Made by a program: the position numbers and the translations under genes | Shown: piece by piece, positions 47,590 to 61,030 of the stretch | Layout of the letters: every line of letters begins with the position of its first letter | How positions within the stretch are numbered: position 1 is the stretch's first letter | The notes under the pieces: model-generated | Told to the model about the DNA's origin: nothing | Seen by the model: the letters and a program-made list of their open reading frames with translations, nothing else | Databases searched by the model: none | Assembly (NCBI RefSeq): GCF_036321535.1 | Contig: NC_087436.1 | Coordinates: forward strand, 109,370,001-109,434,000 | Direction: 5' to 3' | DNA: 64,000 nucleotides | Source: Camelus dromedarius | Lineage: Eukaryota

Positions 47590-49870
47590 TCATCCATCCA
47601 TTCCACAAGTATTTACTGAATACCTGTTATGATTAGAATCTATTCTAGGTGCTAGGGAAACAGAAGGGACCAAAGAGACTCTTTGATCTCTTGAATCTTA
47701 TGTTTCAGTTGGAGAAGACAGGGATAAGTTAATCAGCACATACATAAGTAAATCTGCAATATACCAGATAGACATAAATATTTTTGAGGAAAATAGAGCT
47801 GGGTAAGAGGTAAAGAGAGTCCTGTGGTGCTGGGCAGAAGATGTGCTGTTTACTCAAGTGGCCAGGAAAGGATGCTCTCACAAGGAGTTCTGAAGTGAGG
47901 AACCATTCACTGATGAGTGAGGAAGAGCAATCCAGACAGAATGAAAGAACAAAGCCATGACTTGGAAGCATGTTTGCTGGGTTTAAAAAAAGAAAGGAAG
48001 CCTGTGAGCCTGGAGCAGAGTGAACAGGAAAGAAAGAGATAGGAGATGATACAGATTTGGTGGAAAAAAGACAAATAGGGTCTTACAGGCTGAAATAAAG
48101 ATGTTGTTTTTTTCTCAGTGAGATGGGAGCGTGTGGAGGGTTTGGGTGAAAGGAATGACATGCTTTGATTTGTGTTTTGCAGGAATAATTCTTGCAATTG
48201 TGTAAATCATAGCCTGTGGGTGGATAAAGCAGTAGATAGATCAATTGAGAGACTACTAACATAACCCAGGCAAGCGATCATCTTGACAAATAACACCTTT
48301 GTCTAGAGTATTATCAGTAGAGGTGTGGAAAAGTGGCCTGATACGGGATGTATTTTGAAAGCTGAGCTCCCAAGGACTTGCTGACAGATATGAGGTGTGT
48401 GAGTAAAAATAGGAGTTATGGTTGGTTCCAAGGTTCTTTTCCTGACCAACTGGAGGAAAAAAAAAGAGAGATTGCTTTTTTCTGAGCAACCTTTTTACAA
48501 AGATGAGCAATAACTGTGGGAAAGGCAGGCCCTGGGAGGAGATCAAGAACCTAATTTTAGAAATGATAATTTTGAAATGCCGTGAGCAATTCAACTGGAG
48601 ATATCGAGTAGGTTGCTGGATGTATTAGTGCAGACTTCAAAGCAGACTGCTGGGTGGGGTTAAAAGTTGGTGCCTTGTCTGCATACAGCTGTTAGGCCAG
48701 GAGACTGCATAAGACCTCTTAATTAGAGAAAATAGATGGGAAAGAAGAGGAATGAGAACTGAGAGCTGGAAACTCTGACGATAAGAAGGCAAGTGGATGA
48801 GAATGAACTGACAAAGGACAGTATGAAGGTTTAGCTTGTAGGCAGAAGGAGAAACCAGAAAGTGTGGTATCTAAGACTCTACACAAAGAAAAGTTATTCA
48901 GAGGGTGGGAGTGATTTGGGTGGGCCAAATGTTTCCGATAGGTCCAGTAAGATTAAGATGGAGAACTGACTGTCGGACTTATCAACATGCAGGTCATAGG
49001 TAATGAAGACGAGGTGATAGATGAGTAGAATGAGTAAATGAATAAAGGATTCAGTAGAACTGCAGAAGTAACAGCTCATTTGCAGGGATTTTAAGGAGTA
49101 ATGGGAGGGAGGGATTCTGACAATGCATATAGATGATATTTTAAAGTTTTTTTTTTGTAAAAAATAGATAATTGTTGTAGTTGAAGAGAAAAGAAGTGTC
49201 ATCCGAGGGGCCTTTTTACACAGTCCAAATAATGTGCTTTATGCTTATGGAAGTAATCCAGTAAAAAAGGAAAGTTTGATGATTCCACAGACAGGGGAAA
49301 AACTGATGGAGCATTGTCCTTGAGGAGGCAGGAGGCAATGAGGTAGATCCGAGAAGTTGGCTTTGGAGAAAAAACATCGATAGTTTCTCTGCGGTAATAT
49401 GCACAAAGGACAAGGTAGGATACGTGGGCACAGATATAGGTGAGTGGGCAGATGTTGGTTGGGAGCCTGGAAGTTCTTATTACTTCAATATTTGTGCTGA
49501 TGTGTTTCCCAGTCATTAAGTGATAATGAGAAGGAGGCAACATTGACCGGAGGCGCTAGGGGAGAGAAAAAGGTATGAAGTTGTCAACTGGGAGAATGGG
49601 ACAATAACTGGCCCCAGCAAATGTCACAGTATTGTTGGGTGTCTGTAAGAGTCTTGTTGGGTCATAAATACATCAAACAGCACAGTTGCATGTTCTCTTC
49701 CAGGCACTTTCAACTGGGAAAATGTAGGTACAGAGTGGGTAGAAAGTTGTATTTATCCAGCAGTGGGGTTTTCAAGGTACTAAGAATGTAGAAATTAGTG
49801 GGGTGCATTCAAGTTGATGGTTATAACAGTGGTCCATGGAATATAAACTGACTCAAGAGGAAAGTGACGA
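47590..49870 (-). mobile_element. Long L2 (L2a-like) LINE, ~2.3 kb
   Basis: 3' end 'catccatccattccacaagtatttactgaatacctg...tctaggtgctaggg'. RT motif DLHVDKSDSQFSILILLDLSETF in ORF 48894-49202 (cf. L2 'VLILLDLSAAFD'). Confidence 0.88.
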
Positions 49871-50544
49871 CTTGGTATTTTTGGAAGAAAGAGACACTTA
49901 TTCTGGGAAAAGCAGTAACTCATTTCTACTGCAAAGTTGACCTATATTGGGCTTTGCATCCAATGTTATGATAGTAAAGTTTGGCAGAGGACACACATAA
50001 GTGTCATATCAAATCTGAATATCTCTAAATTATATTAAAATACAATTCTATATAACAAAAATACATTAAAATATAATTGTTGTAATGCTTCACAACATTG
50101 AGAATAGTCAAAGTTAAAACATAAATTTGTTCATTCATTTATTTTTCAAAGTCATAGCAGCGTAAATAATAAGAACATTAAGATTGTGTCCATTTTTGGA
50201 GAAATCGGTATTTGAGAGCAAGAACCTTCTCTTGCAAAGAACTACACTAAATTTAGAAAATATGCAATAAATCAGTACTGAAGGGTTTTTTCCCCTGTAA
50301 CAGTAAGGAAAATTATTGATATCCATGGAACATGGTAGAAAGTGACATATATTGATAGGCAGTTTCAGATTAAATGATGTGATGATTCTGAGGAATGCGA
50401 AATTAATTTTCATGGGAACAGTGGTATCAGTCAGGGAAAAAAAAGAAAAAATGGTAAAGCTTCCTGGTATGAAATTTAATCATTTTCTGAATAATCTTGT
50501 TTCAAGCCAATTAAATTTGGATTTGACAAGAGAAGCTAGGGATT

Positions 50545-51040
50545 GCAGCTGGTATCATTATTTGAACACCTCGTTATTTTTTCTCAACGTCCTTCTAGTG
50601 TTCCTTCATGGACTGAAGAGGCTAGAAAACTAAAATTTCCTCAGAAGCATTTTCAGCAAGTTCCATATATCCACTAACCCAGTGCAATTGCATGTAAGTG
50701 TTGAATACAGAACTCAGGTGAAGTGGAGAGAGGGGCGGGTGGCGGGCATCCATCTTGCTTGTGTGTTTGGCGGTGGAGGCGGCGTGGTTCCAGGGCTGGA
50801 AGCTGTCCTGTTACTGTCTTGACTTAACAGCTTCCTGCTCGTTCAGCCTCTGGTGTTAGGAGAGGCAGAGACGCCTGCAGATGCTGCTCTGGATTTGTTG
50901 TCACTTTGAGAGCTGTTCCTCCCGTCTGATTTTGCTTCCCAAGAATTTTGAAAGTCATTCAACACCTGGTCATAAATCTCTTTCTGTTCAAACTGGTTAG
51001 AATAGATTCTGTTTCCTGCATCAGAACCCCAAAGGAAACA
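50545..51040 (+). mobile_element. Old ERVL-class LTR (LTR50-like, uncertain)
   Basis: 3' end 'ataaatctctttctgttcaaactggttagaatagattctgtttcctgcatcagaaccc'. Confidence 0.55.
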
Positions 51041-52649
51041 GGGAAATAACCTCATAAAGTCAGAAAATGGATCAGACCAAGGTGTGCCCCGCATATCACA
51101 ATCACCTTGAAATAAACATTCCTGGGATATATTCTCTGACTGATGCAAAAGGAACTGAGTCGTCTCTGTTTTTAACTAATGTCTTTACATGACTCAGATG
51201 TAGCCAACCCCAGAGCAGTGAAAATTTATTGTCTCTTAATTGAGAGAAATTATTCAGAGGTCTTAAGGAAATTTGATATTAAAAAAGTACTTGCCATTTT
51301 TCTGTGGTGTGGGTTAAGGACATTTGTAGGGAAAGAAGAATCATTAATTGCCAACTTGCAAATCTCTGGCAATATCAGTGTAGTTACTTCCCAACTCCTT
51401 GATGATGTAAGTGCCTGCACACTCACACAGCCATATCCATACCCCAGATAACTTTTAATATAATTTTTTGGAGATAAAATTAGTTTTCTGGATTCAAAAC
51501 AATCAAGAGGTACAGTAATTGGTATCTATATTTGGCTTTCGTTTTGAAGAAAGAACTGAATGTATGGTACTTAGTACTCTGGTCTGAACATACAGTTAAT
51601 GGAAAGGACGCTTTTTGTTTTTGTTGCACTAACACAATTTTACCCTCCTAGCAAAAGCCATATGTTAAAAAAATGAATGATTTTCAGTTTTTCTCTTTTG
51701 GACAGTCACCATCTTATTCCCAAATTTTTTTTTTCCAGAGTGACTTTTTAGAAGTAGAATATTTTTATTTAAAAAATCTAATTATAATTATAGATGCCAT
51801 TGGAAATCTAAGGATAAGAATATAAACAGTCATCATAAAATCATTCCTGAACAAATAAAAGCTTTCCTTTTTACCTCCTTGCTCATACTTATTGTTGCAA
51901 TGCCTTTTGTCATAGCAAAATCACATTTTCCATTATTTTCTATGATCAATTTGTATAATAAAAAGTTCTATTTACTAACCATTTATTATCTAAATATCTT
52001 AATATATTAAATATTTTTTATACATGTCAATATTATGGAGATGTTTCTATTACTTTCTCCATCTTACAAATGGGGAAACTGAGTTTCAAAAGCTGAGTAA
52101 GGAATTTTCCTAAGAAAGAAAATTTTTGGAAGCCTTTAATATCATGTCTCATGCTTTATGTTATATTTATATAATCATCTTTTTAACATGTCTTACATCA
52201 AGAAAGTGGTGAAATATGTATTATATAACAAGATTTTATTATCTTTGTACTGGAGATGATTTATCTTATCATCTCTGTCTTCCCAGATGCATCCTGTTGC
52301 AGAGAGAGTTTCCTTCAATTTAACTTCCTTGATATTTTAAATTACCAGATTAAAATAAAAGCTTCAGGAGATGGAGAAGGAACAAAAATTATGAACGTTT
52401 TGGCGATCTTGATTGGTATTTCCAAGATACATTACATATGCACAAACAGATCTGAAATATTTGCAGCCATTTCTCTAATTTTTGACAAGACTATTAACTA
52501 AACTTTAAAAAATTCAGCTCGATCAGTAGAAACTGGTACTTCACTGTGATTTCAGTTTGCATTACAATCACTAGCGTGGTTGGTCTTTTACCTCTTTCAA
52601 CCATCAATAAATATCTCATGTTTGCCTACCAATGGTATTTTCTCATCCA

Positions 52650-52890
52650 GGGAAGCAGCGATGTACAGTAGAAAGAATGTGGGTCTTAAAGCAGCTACTG
52701 CTGATTACAGGTTCTGAGACCTTAGAACTATCACTTAACTTCATTAAACCCATTGTGTCAACTGTCACTAAAGGAAAATTATAATTCGGAAAGGTTATTT
52801 TCAAGATTCAAGAGAATGCTTGCAAATCCTCTAATCTGTTACATAAAGAACGCTCTAAAATAGTAGTTGTCATTATTATTACTGTTATTA
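52650..52890 (+). mobile_element. MIR/MIR3 SINE
   Basis: 'tacagtagaaagaatgtggg...tgagaccttagaactatcacttaactt...ttcaagattcaagagaa'. Confidence 0.65.
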
Positions 52891-54629
52891 CTGTTGAATA
52901 GTTGCTGATAATCTCTATTCACTGGAATTTTGCAACTTGTATAATTATTCATATATCATAGATATCAAGCCGTTGTTGTATTAGGTGGATAAAAAGTAAA
53001 ATTTGTTTCGAGTTGGTTTTGAACTAACAACAGAAGAAAGTTAGTATTAATCAGAATTTATTTGAATTGTTTGTGATCAGAATTAAATGAAAATAAGCAA
53101 AATACAACTCCTTTATAAATGCAAGGTAATCTAAAATATATAAATTTAGTGCTTTTATAATAAAAAATGTCTAATTATGTTTCAAAATGCAAAGTTGATT
53201 AAAAATAAGAATATTTATGCATAGCAAAACAGACAAAAATTATACCAGATAACTTTTTTGAAGTTATAGAAACTTAAGGAATACAAATTATGCCTTTTGT
53301 ACTTGCTTTTGAAAAAATAAAGCTGATAGTTGGGATTTCAAGAAGTTAAAATGCTACACTAGTATTTTTATTGGACTTTACCAAGTCAAATTGGATGTAT
53401 TAAAAAACTCAAATTTGGAGATCTGATCACTTCATACCAACAGTTTTGTCTATCATGGGAGAAAAACATCCCAATGATTTTAAAATTACAATTATTTTCT
53501 ATTATCATAATGGAATTTCAATGGACAGATTTTCTTTCTTTTTATCCTCTCAAATGTATGAAAACTGTATGCATATAAACATGCTGATTCTATCCTTAGC
53601 AAACTTACAATATTCATGAATCTAAAATCACTTCTCTTCATGTTTAGTCCAATAATGCCTCTTGTTCTCTCAAAGAAAGCGTCACATCCCCCAGATGTAA
53701 ACATTGCTTTAAGAGCCAATGCCATATGCTGACAGATGGCATCCCATCTGTGGTTCAGTTATTAAAAATAAATTTCTTGGCTATCTTCAATAAATATAAG
53801 ATATTCTTATCCATTTTTTCCCAGAAATGTTTAGTTTTCCACCATAGGTTTAGCAAACCAAACTGCAAAGCTCAATCTCATATAATAACTTAAGTAACAA
53901 AATAAGCTTTATGTCAGACTAAAGCGATATATTTAGGCTAAGATGTTCAGAAGAGAAAAAAATGGAAAGAGATAAATGTAAATGAATTTCTCTGAGTATT
54001 ATACTTTTGATTTGACTCAGCTATGACTATTGGATAGGAAATTAGGAAAAATTGTCCTCAGTTCCAGGAGTTCAGCAGTGGTGGACAGGGAACATGAAAT
54101 CCGAAGTAGCTGAACTGTTTTACACGTGGCTCCAACTCCGAAAGGCTTGTCAGCAGTCTTTTCCTGCTATGTCTTGAAACCTTCAAATTAGTCAATTTTT
54201 TTTCACATTTTCATTGCCAAACCAGGTTTTGAAGATAACATGGGAAATATAAGGCATAAATTTCTCCTCATCATAAAGTGACAGAGCTTGGTCGGAAGGA
54301 TAGAAAAAGAAGACAGAGAGTGTGCAACCCTGACAGTGTTTAATAAGGGGGGGTTCATAGACAGAACTTTGGAAACTGGTGATTTCAAGAGAGAGAGAGA
54401 TGTATAGGCAAAGCAAGTGGGGAAAAAAAGGAGAAACATATTTGAAGGTTCTTTTGCAAAAAATCAAGTGATCTTGTGTGTGAAAGACTTCAATATCCAC
54501 ATCCACGCCTCTCCTTCCCTTACCATCTTGGTCTTGGTGACCGAAAATGAACATTCTTTTATCCATCCCTTCCTTTTTCTCTCTTTCTTTTCTCCATCTC
54601 TTTCCCTTCTGAACTGTCTTCCTTCTTTT

Positions 54630-56080
54630 TAAGAAATAAATTAATTTTTGTTGTGATGTAATGGACATGTGACATTGTGTAAGCTTAAGGTGTAAAACAT
54701 ATTGATTTGACACATTTACATATTACAATATTATTACCAACTTAGCATTTGCTAACACCTCTGCCATGTCACTTAATTATTATTTATCTCTGTTGTGAGA
54801 ACAATTAAGATCTATTCTCTTAAATGCAAATCAAAACTGCAATGAGGTATCACCTCACACCAGTCAGAATGGCCATCATTCAAAAGTCCATGAACAATAA
54901 ATGCTGGAGAGAGTGTGCAGAAAAGGGAACCCTCCTATATGGCTGATGGGAATGTAGTTTGGTGCAGCCATTATAGAAAACAGTATGAAGATTCCTCAAT
55001 AAACTAAAAATAGACTTACCATATGATCCAGCAATCCCACTTCTGGGTATATATCCAGAGGGAACTCTAATTCAAAAAGATACATGCACCCCAATGTTCA
55101 TAGCAGCACTATATACAATAGCCAAGACATGAAAGCCACCTAAATGTCCATGGATAGATGACTAGATAAAGAAGTTCTGGTATATTTATACAGTGGAATA
55201 CTACTTAGCCATAAAAAATAAAATAATGTCATTTGCAGCAACATAGATGGACCTAGTGAATGTCATTTTAAGTGCAATAAGCCAGAAAGAAAGAAAAATA
55301 CCATATGATATCACTTATATGTGGAATCTAAAAAAAAAAAAAAGACACTATGAACTCATCTACAAAACAGAAATAGACTCGCAAACATAGTAAACAATCT
55401 TATGGCTATTGGGGAAAGGGGGTGAGAAGGGATAAATTTGGGAGTTTGAGATTTGCAAATGATAACCACTCTATATAAAAAATAGATTTAAAAAAAAACC
55501 AAAGAAGTTTCTTCTGTATAGCACAGGGAACTATATTCAATATCTTGTGATGACATTTAATGAAAAAGAGTCTGAAAATGAATATATGTGTGTATGTGCA
55601 TGACTGGGACATTGTGCTGCTCACCAGAAATTGACAGATTGTAAATGACCGTATAGTAAAAAAAAATTACCTTCTTAGCAAATTTGAAATTTATAATACA
55701 ATGTTGTTGACTATTATCACTATATTGGGCATTTGATTTCCAGAACTTACTTATCCTCTACTTGCAAGTTTGCATCCTTAACCAACATTACTCAAATTTT
55801 CCACATCTCCCAGCCCCTGGTAATCACTGTTCTACTCTGTTTTTATGAGTTGAATATTTTAGATTCCATATAGAAGTGATATTATACAGTATTTGTCTTT
55901 CTGTGTCTGGCTTCTCTCACTTAGCATAACACTCTCAGAGCATTGTCACAAATGGCATAATTTTCTTCTTTTTCATTGCTGAATAATAGTCGATTGTATG
56001 TACATATACCACATCTTCTTTAACTGTATCCATATCTTGTCTGCATATCTTGGCTAATGTGAATGATGCTGCAATGTCTT
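54630..56080 (-). mobile_element. L1MA9-like 3' end split by a younger L1
   Basis: 'cattgtgtaagcttaaggtgt...gtgagaacaattaagatctattctctt' resumes after the insert as 'cttagcaaattt...cccagcccctggtaatcactgttctactctgt'. Confidence 0.85.
54822..55667 (+). mobile_element. Camelid-type L1, 5'-truncated (~845 bp)
   Basis: 'aaatgcaaatcaaaactgcaatgaggtatcacctcacaccagtcagaatggcc...gggataaatttgggagtttgagatttgc...ccagaaattgacagattgtaa' followed by an A tail. Confidence 0.93.
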
Positions 56081-57799
56081 ACTTCTTTTCTACAAAGAGC
56101 TGCAAAGGGCCAGCCATGGGGCTAGGTATTGAGTAATCAAGAGAGTCCCTACTTTCATGCCTTTTATCATCTATTGGTGAAAACAGGCAAGTGAGGAGAT
56201 AAATCAAACAGCATCAAAGTCTTAAAATTGCAGGGGTATCTTTGGGGGTTGGTGGAGAGAAGGGTAGGAAGGAGCTCCTGGAAAGCAATATCCAAATCAG
56301 GAGTTATTCTCTACCCACTCCATTCTCTTCTAAAACTTTCTTTGGCCTCTGGAGTAAATGACAAGTTTGACCTTAATTTCATTTATTTTATTTTATTTTT
56401 GTTTTGTTTTTTTTGATTGAGGTTTGTAGGGACTTACCTCCCTGCCCTCCTACCATCTAGATTTTTCCTTTATGACAGAACTATACATTGAATGTAAGTA
56501 AGGAACTCCTTCTTTCTGTCTCACTCTCTGTTACAAACCAATCTTACAGGCATACAATGATTTAAGTGGATAAGCACTATTCTGGAAGCAAAGAAAGTAT
56601 AGAAATAAATACATTTAGGCAACTGACATTGAGTATCTTAAATATTGTCCAGCCCCTTGGCACATAGAAACAATCACCACGTTTCCAACTTTGACTTGTA
56701 TATCTTGTCTTGCTTTGTAAAACTCCTTTTACTTTCATAAATATAATCTCATCTGTCTCATTAGTAAAACCCTCTGTGCTAAGTGGGACTGTGATAGCTC
56801 TCTAACTCCCCAAAGAGTCCATGGATTCTTAGGTTTATATATTTATTCATAGCCTGACAGCAAACACAGAACGTCTGGATCAAAAAATAGACCACTTGTC
56901 CATTGAGTGCTCAGAGCAGCACAGCACCTGTTCCTCATGTCTCTGTTCTCCACAAGGTGAGGACCTGATGTTCATCTCCATGTGCACTAGGGTTGCACCA
57001 CATGAGGGGAACCCCCAGATTGTGAGATTCAGGACTAGGGCTGGCACTTTGGCACATCCTTCCCTGCCAAGAGAAGACTTTACTCTAGAATGTAAACAAA
57101 TCCTTTCTGGGGATGGGGAAGGAAAGGCCTCTACCTTGGCATGTAAACAAATGGCTCTGGTCATGATAAGTCTCTGTCTCTGGAGCAGTGTGCTGTCTGT
57201 AATTCCTAAGGCATATTTGTCATTCCATCACTGTTTAACAAAGTTGGCTAACCATTTTTTTGCTCAAAAAGCCTGCAGCATGCAGAAATGTGAAAATTTT
57301 CATTAGAAGTTGTCTTCCAACAGGAATTAGAAAGTGATTTAATTAACACCAATATAATGGTGGCCAGTGGTGAATTTGAAACTGAAATCTGGTCTCCCAA
57401 CTTCTCATCCCATGTTCGTGACACTATATCACACATGTATTGCATGTCCTTACTGGAGACACAGAGAATTGGTGGCTGATGAAACCGAGAGTTTTAGAAC
57501 AATATATCTCTCACTCCTACCAGTTTGGATCTAATCTAACAGGGAGCTAGAAGACGAACCAATGAAAGGAGGAAAGGAGAGTGGTTAATGGCATCTCAAG
57601 CAGCATTTTGAAAATGTTAAACATTAATGCATATGTTAAAGTCTTTATCCAGAGAATTAAACAAGAGTCAGTACTCTCCAACATCATGGTTAGGGTTAAG
57701 TTTATAATCCAAACAGATAAAGTTAGTATAAGATGAAAAATGATATCCAATTTAACTTACAACCATAATAAGTAAACTCCTAAATTAAGTTAAGAAACT

Positions 57800-57873
57800 A
57801 TAGTAAGCAGAATTGCAAGATGGCCCCTGAGATTCTCATCTTGTTTCAATTTCTCCACTTTAGTGTGAGTAGA

Positions 57874-57908
<35 letters not shown>

Positions 57909-58380
57909 ATGGGCTATCACTCTTATGCTTATGTAATAACATACGACAATGATAACAGAAACCTGCAGATATAATTGAAGTCCCAAATCAATTTACTCTG
58001 AGTTTATCAGAAGGCAAATGAATCATCAAGTGGGTCTGATCTAATCAGGTGAGCTCTGATATGCGAGAGGCTCCCTCTGGCTTAGCTAAGTAAGTCTCGA
58101 AGAGCTAAAAGTAGTCCCAGCAAACATAGAAAAACATGGGACATCAGTCATATAAACACCTAAAATGAGTCTTACCAATCACCAGAGAGCTCAACAGAGG
58201 GCCACAAACCTCAGTTGAGACCACAGTCCTGACTAACTCCCTGATTTCTGCCTGGTAAGACCTTGAGAAGAGGGCCCAACTCACCTTATCTGGACTGTCT
58301 CTTGGAAGTGGAAGCTGTGAGATTGTAAATACATATTGTTTTAAGCCACTATGTTTTTGATCATTTGTTATTAACTAATA
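57800..58380 (+). mobile_element. MLT1E-like MaLR LTR with internal (TG)n(TA)n
   Basis: 'gcagaattgcaagatggcccc...gtgggtctgatctaatcaggtgagc...tgttttaagccactatgttt'. Confidence 0.8.
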
Positions 58381-58399
58381 AACAAACCAAATCAAAAAG

Positions 58400-60590
58400 T
58401 GTATAAAATAAATATTATAATCATTAGGGTAATAACTAATCAGTATCAGAGGATATATTGGTATAATTAAACATATTAAATTAAAAGAGAAAAATCTAAG
58501 AATCATCTCTATAAATGCAGAAGAAATGGTAAAATTGTATGTTTATCCACGATAAAAACTATTAACACCAGGAATAGAAGAGATGATGCCCCTATAGCAG
58601 CCTCTATTCAAATTGTAGCAGATAAATAACATATTAACCAAAGATATAAAATCAGAGATGTAAAGTTTAAAATAAAAAAATATTATTTGCAAGCAACATG
58701 ATTGCTAATGTCAGAAATCATAAGATTTTGTAGACAAATTGATAAAATAATTCAGCAAGTTTACAGAATAATAAGAACAATGTACAAAAATCTCTTGTAA
58801 TTCTATGCACAAGCAATAGCAGCAATTATAAAATGTACAAAATGTAAAATAGTAAATCACACATTTATATTAGCTACAAAGCTACAAGGTTATGGGAAAT
58901 AAAACTAATAAAATATGAAAACCAAAAATCAAAAATCTAAATGAGTGGAGAGTTAAGCCATTTTCTTGGAAGGAAACCCTCAATATTGTAAACATGGCAA
59001 TTATCCACAAATTAATTGATACATCTATTTCAATTTCAATCAAAATTTCACAGAAGTTTCTCATGAAACCTGAAAGGCTGATTACAAAATTCAAATATAA
59101 GAATAAGAAATTGTGGTATATTTATACAATGGAATACTACTCAGCAAAAAAAAAAAAAAAAAAAAAAAAAGAAATAAAATAATGCCATTTGCAGCAACAT
59201 GGATGGATCTGGAGATCATCATTTTAAATGAAGTAAGCCAGAAAGAGAAAGAAAAATACCATATGATATCACTCATATATGGAATTAAAAAAAAAAGAAA
59301 AAGAAAAAAGAGGACACTAATGAACTCACCTACAAAAGAAACAGACTTGCAGACATAGTAAACAATCTTATGATTACCAGGAGAAAAGAGATGGGAAAGG
59401 ATAAATTTGGGACTTTGAGATTTGCAAATATTAACCACTATATATAAAATAGATAAAAAAACAAATCTCTTCTCTATAGCACAGAGAACCATATTCAATA
59501 TTTTGTAATAACCTTTTGTGAAAAAGAATATGAAAGTGAATATATGTATATATATGCATGATTGGGAAATTATGCATTACACCAGAAATTGACACATTGT
59601 AACTGACTATACTTCAATTAAAAAAAAAAGACTAAAGGGCTAAAAATAGATGAGAAAAACTTAAGGCAGAGGAGGGACGATATGGCTCATCAGATTCTAA
59701 GTTGTTAAAACTAAATAATTAAAGCAAGTTGCACAAGCATAGAAAACAGAACAAATAAAAAAAGAAAAGTTTTGAAGACTTAAAATTTTTAAGGGTGCTT
59801 GGTACATGAAGTAAAAATAGTGTTAGATACCATGTCACAAGAGACTGACAATTAATAAACAGTGCTGAGACAATTGACCATCCAAATCGAAAATTAAACC
59901 AAATTCTCACATCCCACCAGACACACAAATATATCTCATATGCATCAAAGATAACATGGGAATCAATATGACAACACTTTTCGAATACAATGTATATTAT
60001 TAGGATGAGAAATGATTTCTAAGAAAAGATAACATAATCTATAAAGTAACAGGTTGATAATTTTGATTACATGAAACTAACAATAATAATAATAATAAAC
60101 TGTTATGTAATGAAACATATCAGAAGTTTAAAGAAATGCCATAGACTGGAGAAAAGGGTTGTAATGTGTATACATAAAATTAGTAGTCACAATATATAAG
60201 GAATTTATACCAATTAATGAGAAAAAGACCATCCCTCCCCATTAAAACTGAAAGGCAATAAGTAATATAGAAAAAAAAGAAATAGACTATTTTTGAGCAT
60301 AGAAAGATGCTCAACGTCACTGATAATGAGCAAAATTCCAATTAAATGAATAATTTACTACCCAATATATGGTAAAAATTAGTAAACCTGATAACTTCAA
60401 ATGCTATCAAAGATGTGGGCACACAAAAGCTATTATACCCTATACAAGTGTAAATTTGTAATCCCTTTTTCAAACCTAGGAATATTGAAGGTGCCCATAA
60501 CCTCCAAAAGTGGACTAATTTCGTTGCTATGTATCTACGAGAGTATGTGTAAAGATATGCATTGTAATACTGCTTGTAAAAATAATGTTA
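58400..60590 (+). mobile_element. Old L1 (L1ME-like) ORF2/3' remnants
   Basis: 'aatcatctctataaatgcagaa', 'ttcagcaagtttacagaata', 'caatattgtaaacatggcaattatcc', 'aagatgctcaacgtcact'. Confidence 0.75.
59103..59629 (+). mobile_element. Camelid-type L1 3' end
   Basis: 'ttgtggtatatttatacaatggaatactactcagc...ccagaaattgacacattgtaactgactatacttcaatt' followed by poly(A). Confidence 0.93.
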
Positions 60591-60917
60591 ACAGTCTTTC
60601 ACAGGCCGAATGGTTCCATCTCAAGAACTTGGGCTTGGAGAGAAGTAACCACATGATTCCATGTGGTTAAGAAAAAAGAGGACACTAATGAACTCATCTA
60701 CAGAAGAAACAGGCTTGCAGACATAAGATTTCTATATATAAAACAATGCAAAAGTGAATTATGGATGGATAAATATACGGTAAAATTACATAATTATATA
60801 TGGCACAATACACATCAAATGCAAAACTGTGGTTGCCTCTGGGAAGAAATGGGGCTTATAATAAGGACAGGGTAGAGCCATAGCTGCATCTGTAACATCA
60901 CGTTCCTTGAGAGACTG

Positions 60918-61030
60918 TGGAGGAGAGGAAGGGGGGAAGGGAGGGGAAGAGAGGAAGGGGGGAAGGGAGGGGAGGCGAGGAGGGGGAGGGGAGGCGAGGA
61001 GGGGGATGGGAGGAGTGGAGGCGGAGGGGA
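60918..61030 (+). repeat. G/A-rich low-complexity polypurine tract
   Basis: Read directly; repeated GGGGGAAGGGAGG / GGGGAGGCGAGGA units. Confidence 0.9.

Noticed and set aside
54192..54713. Longest ORF (173 aa, minus strand)
   Set aside because: Starts inside an L1MA9 3' end and runs through low-complexity sequence; no domain resemblance.
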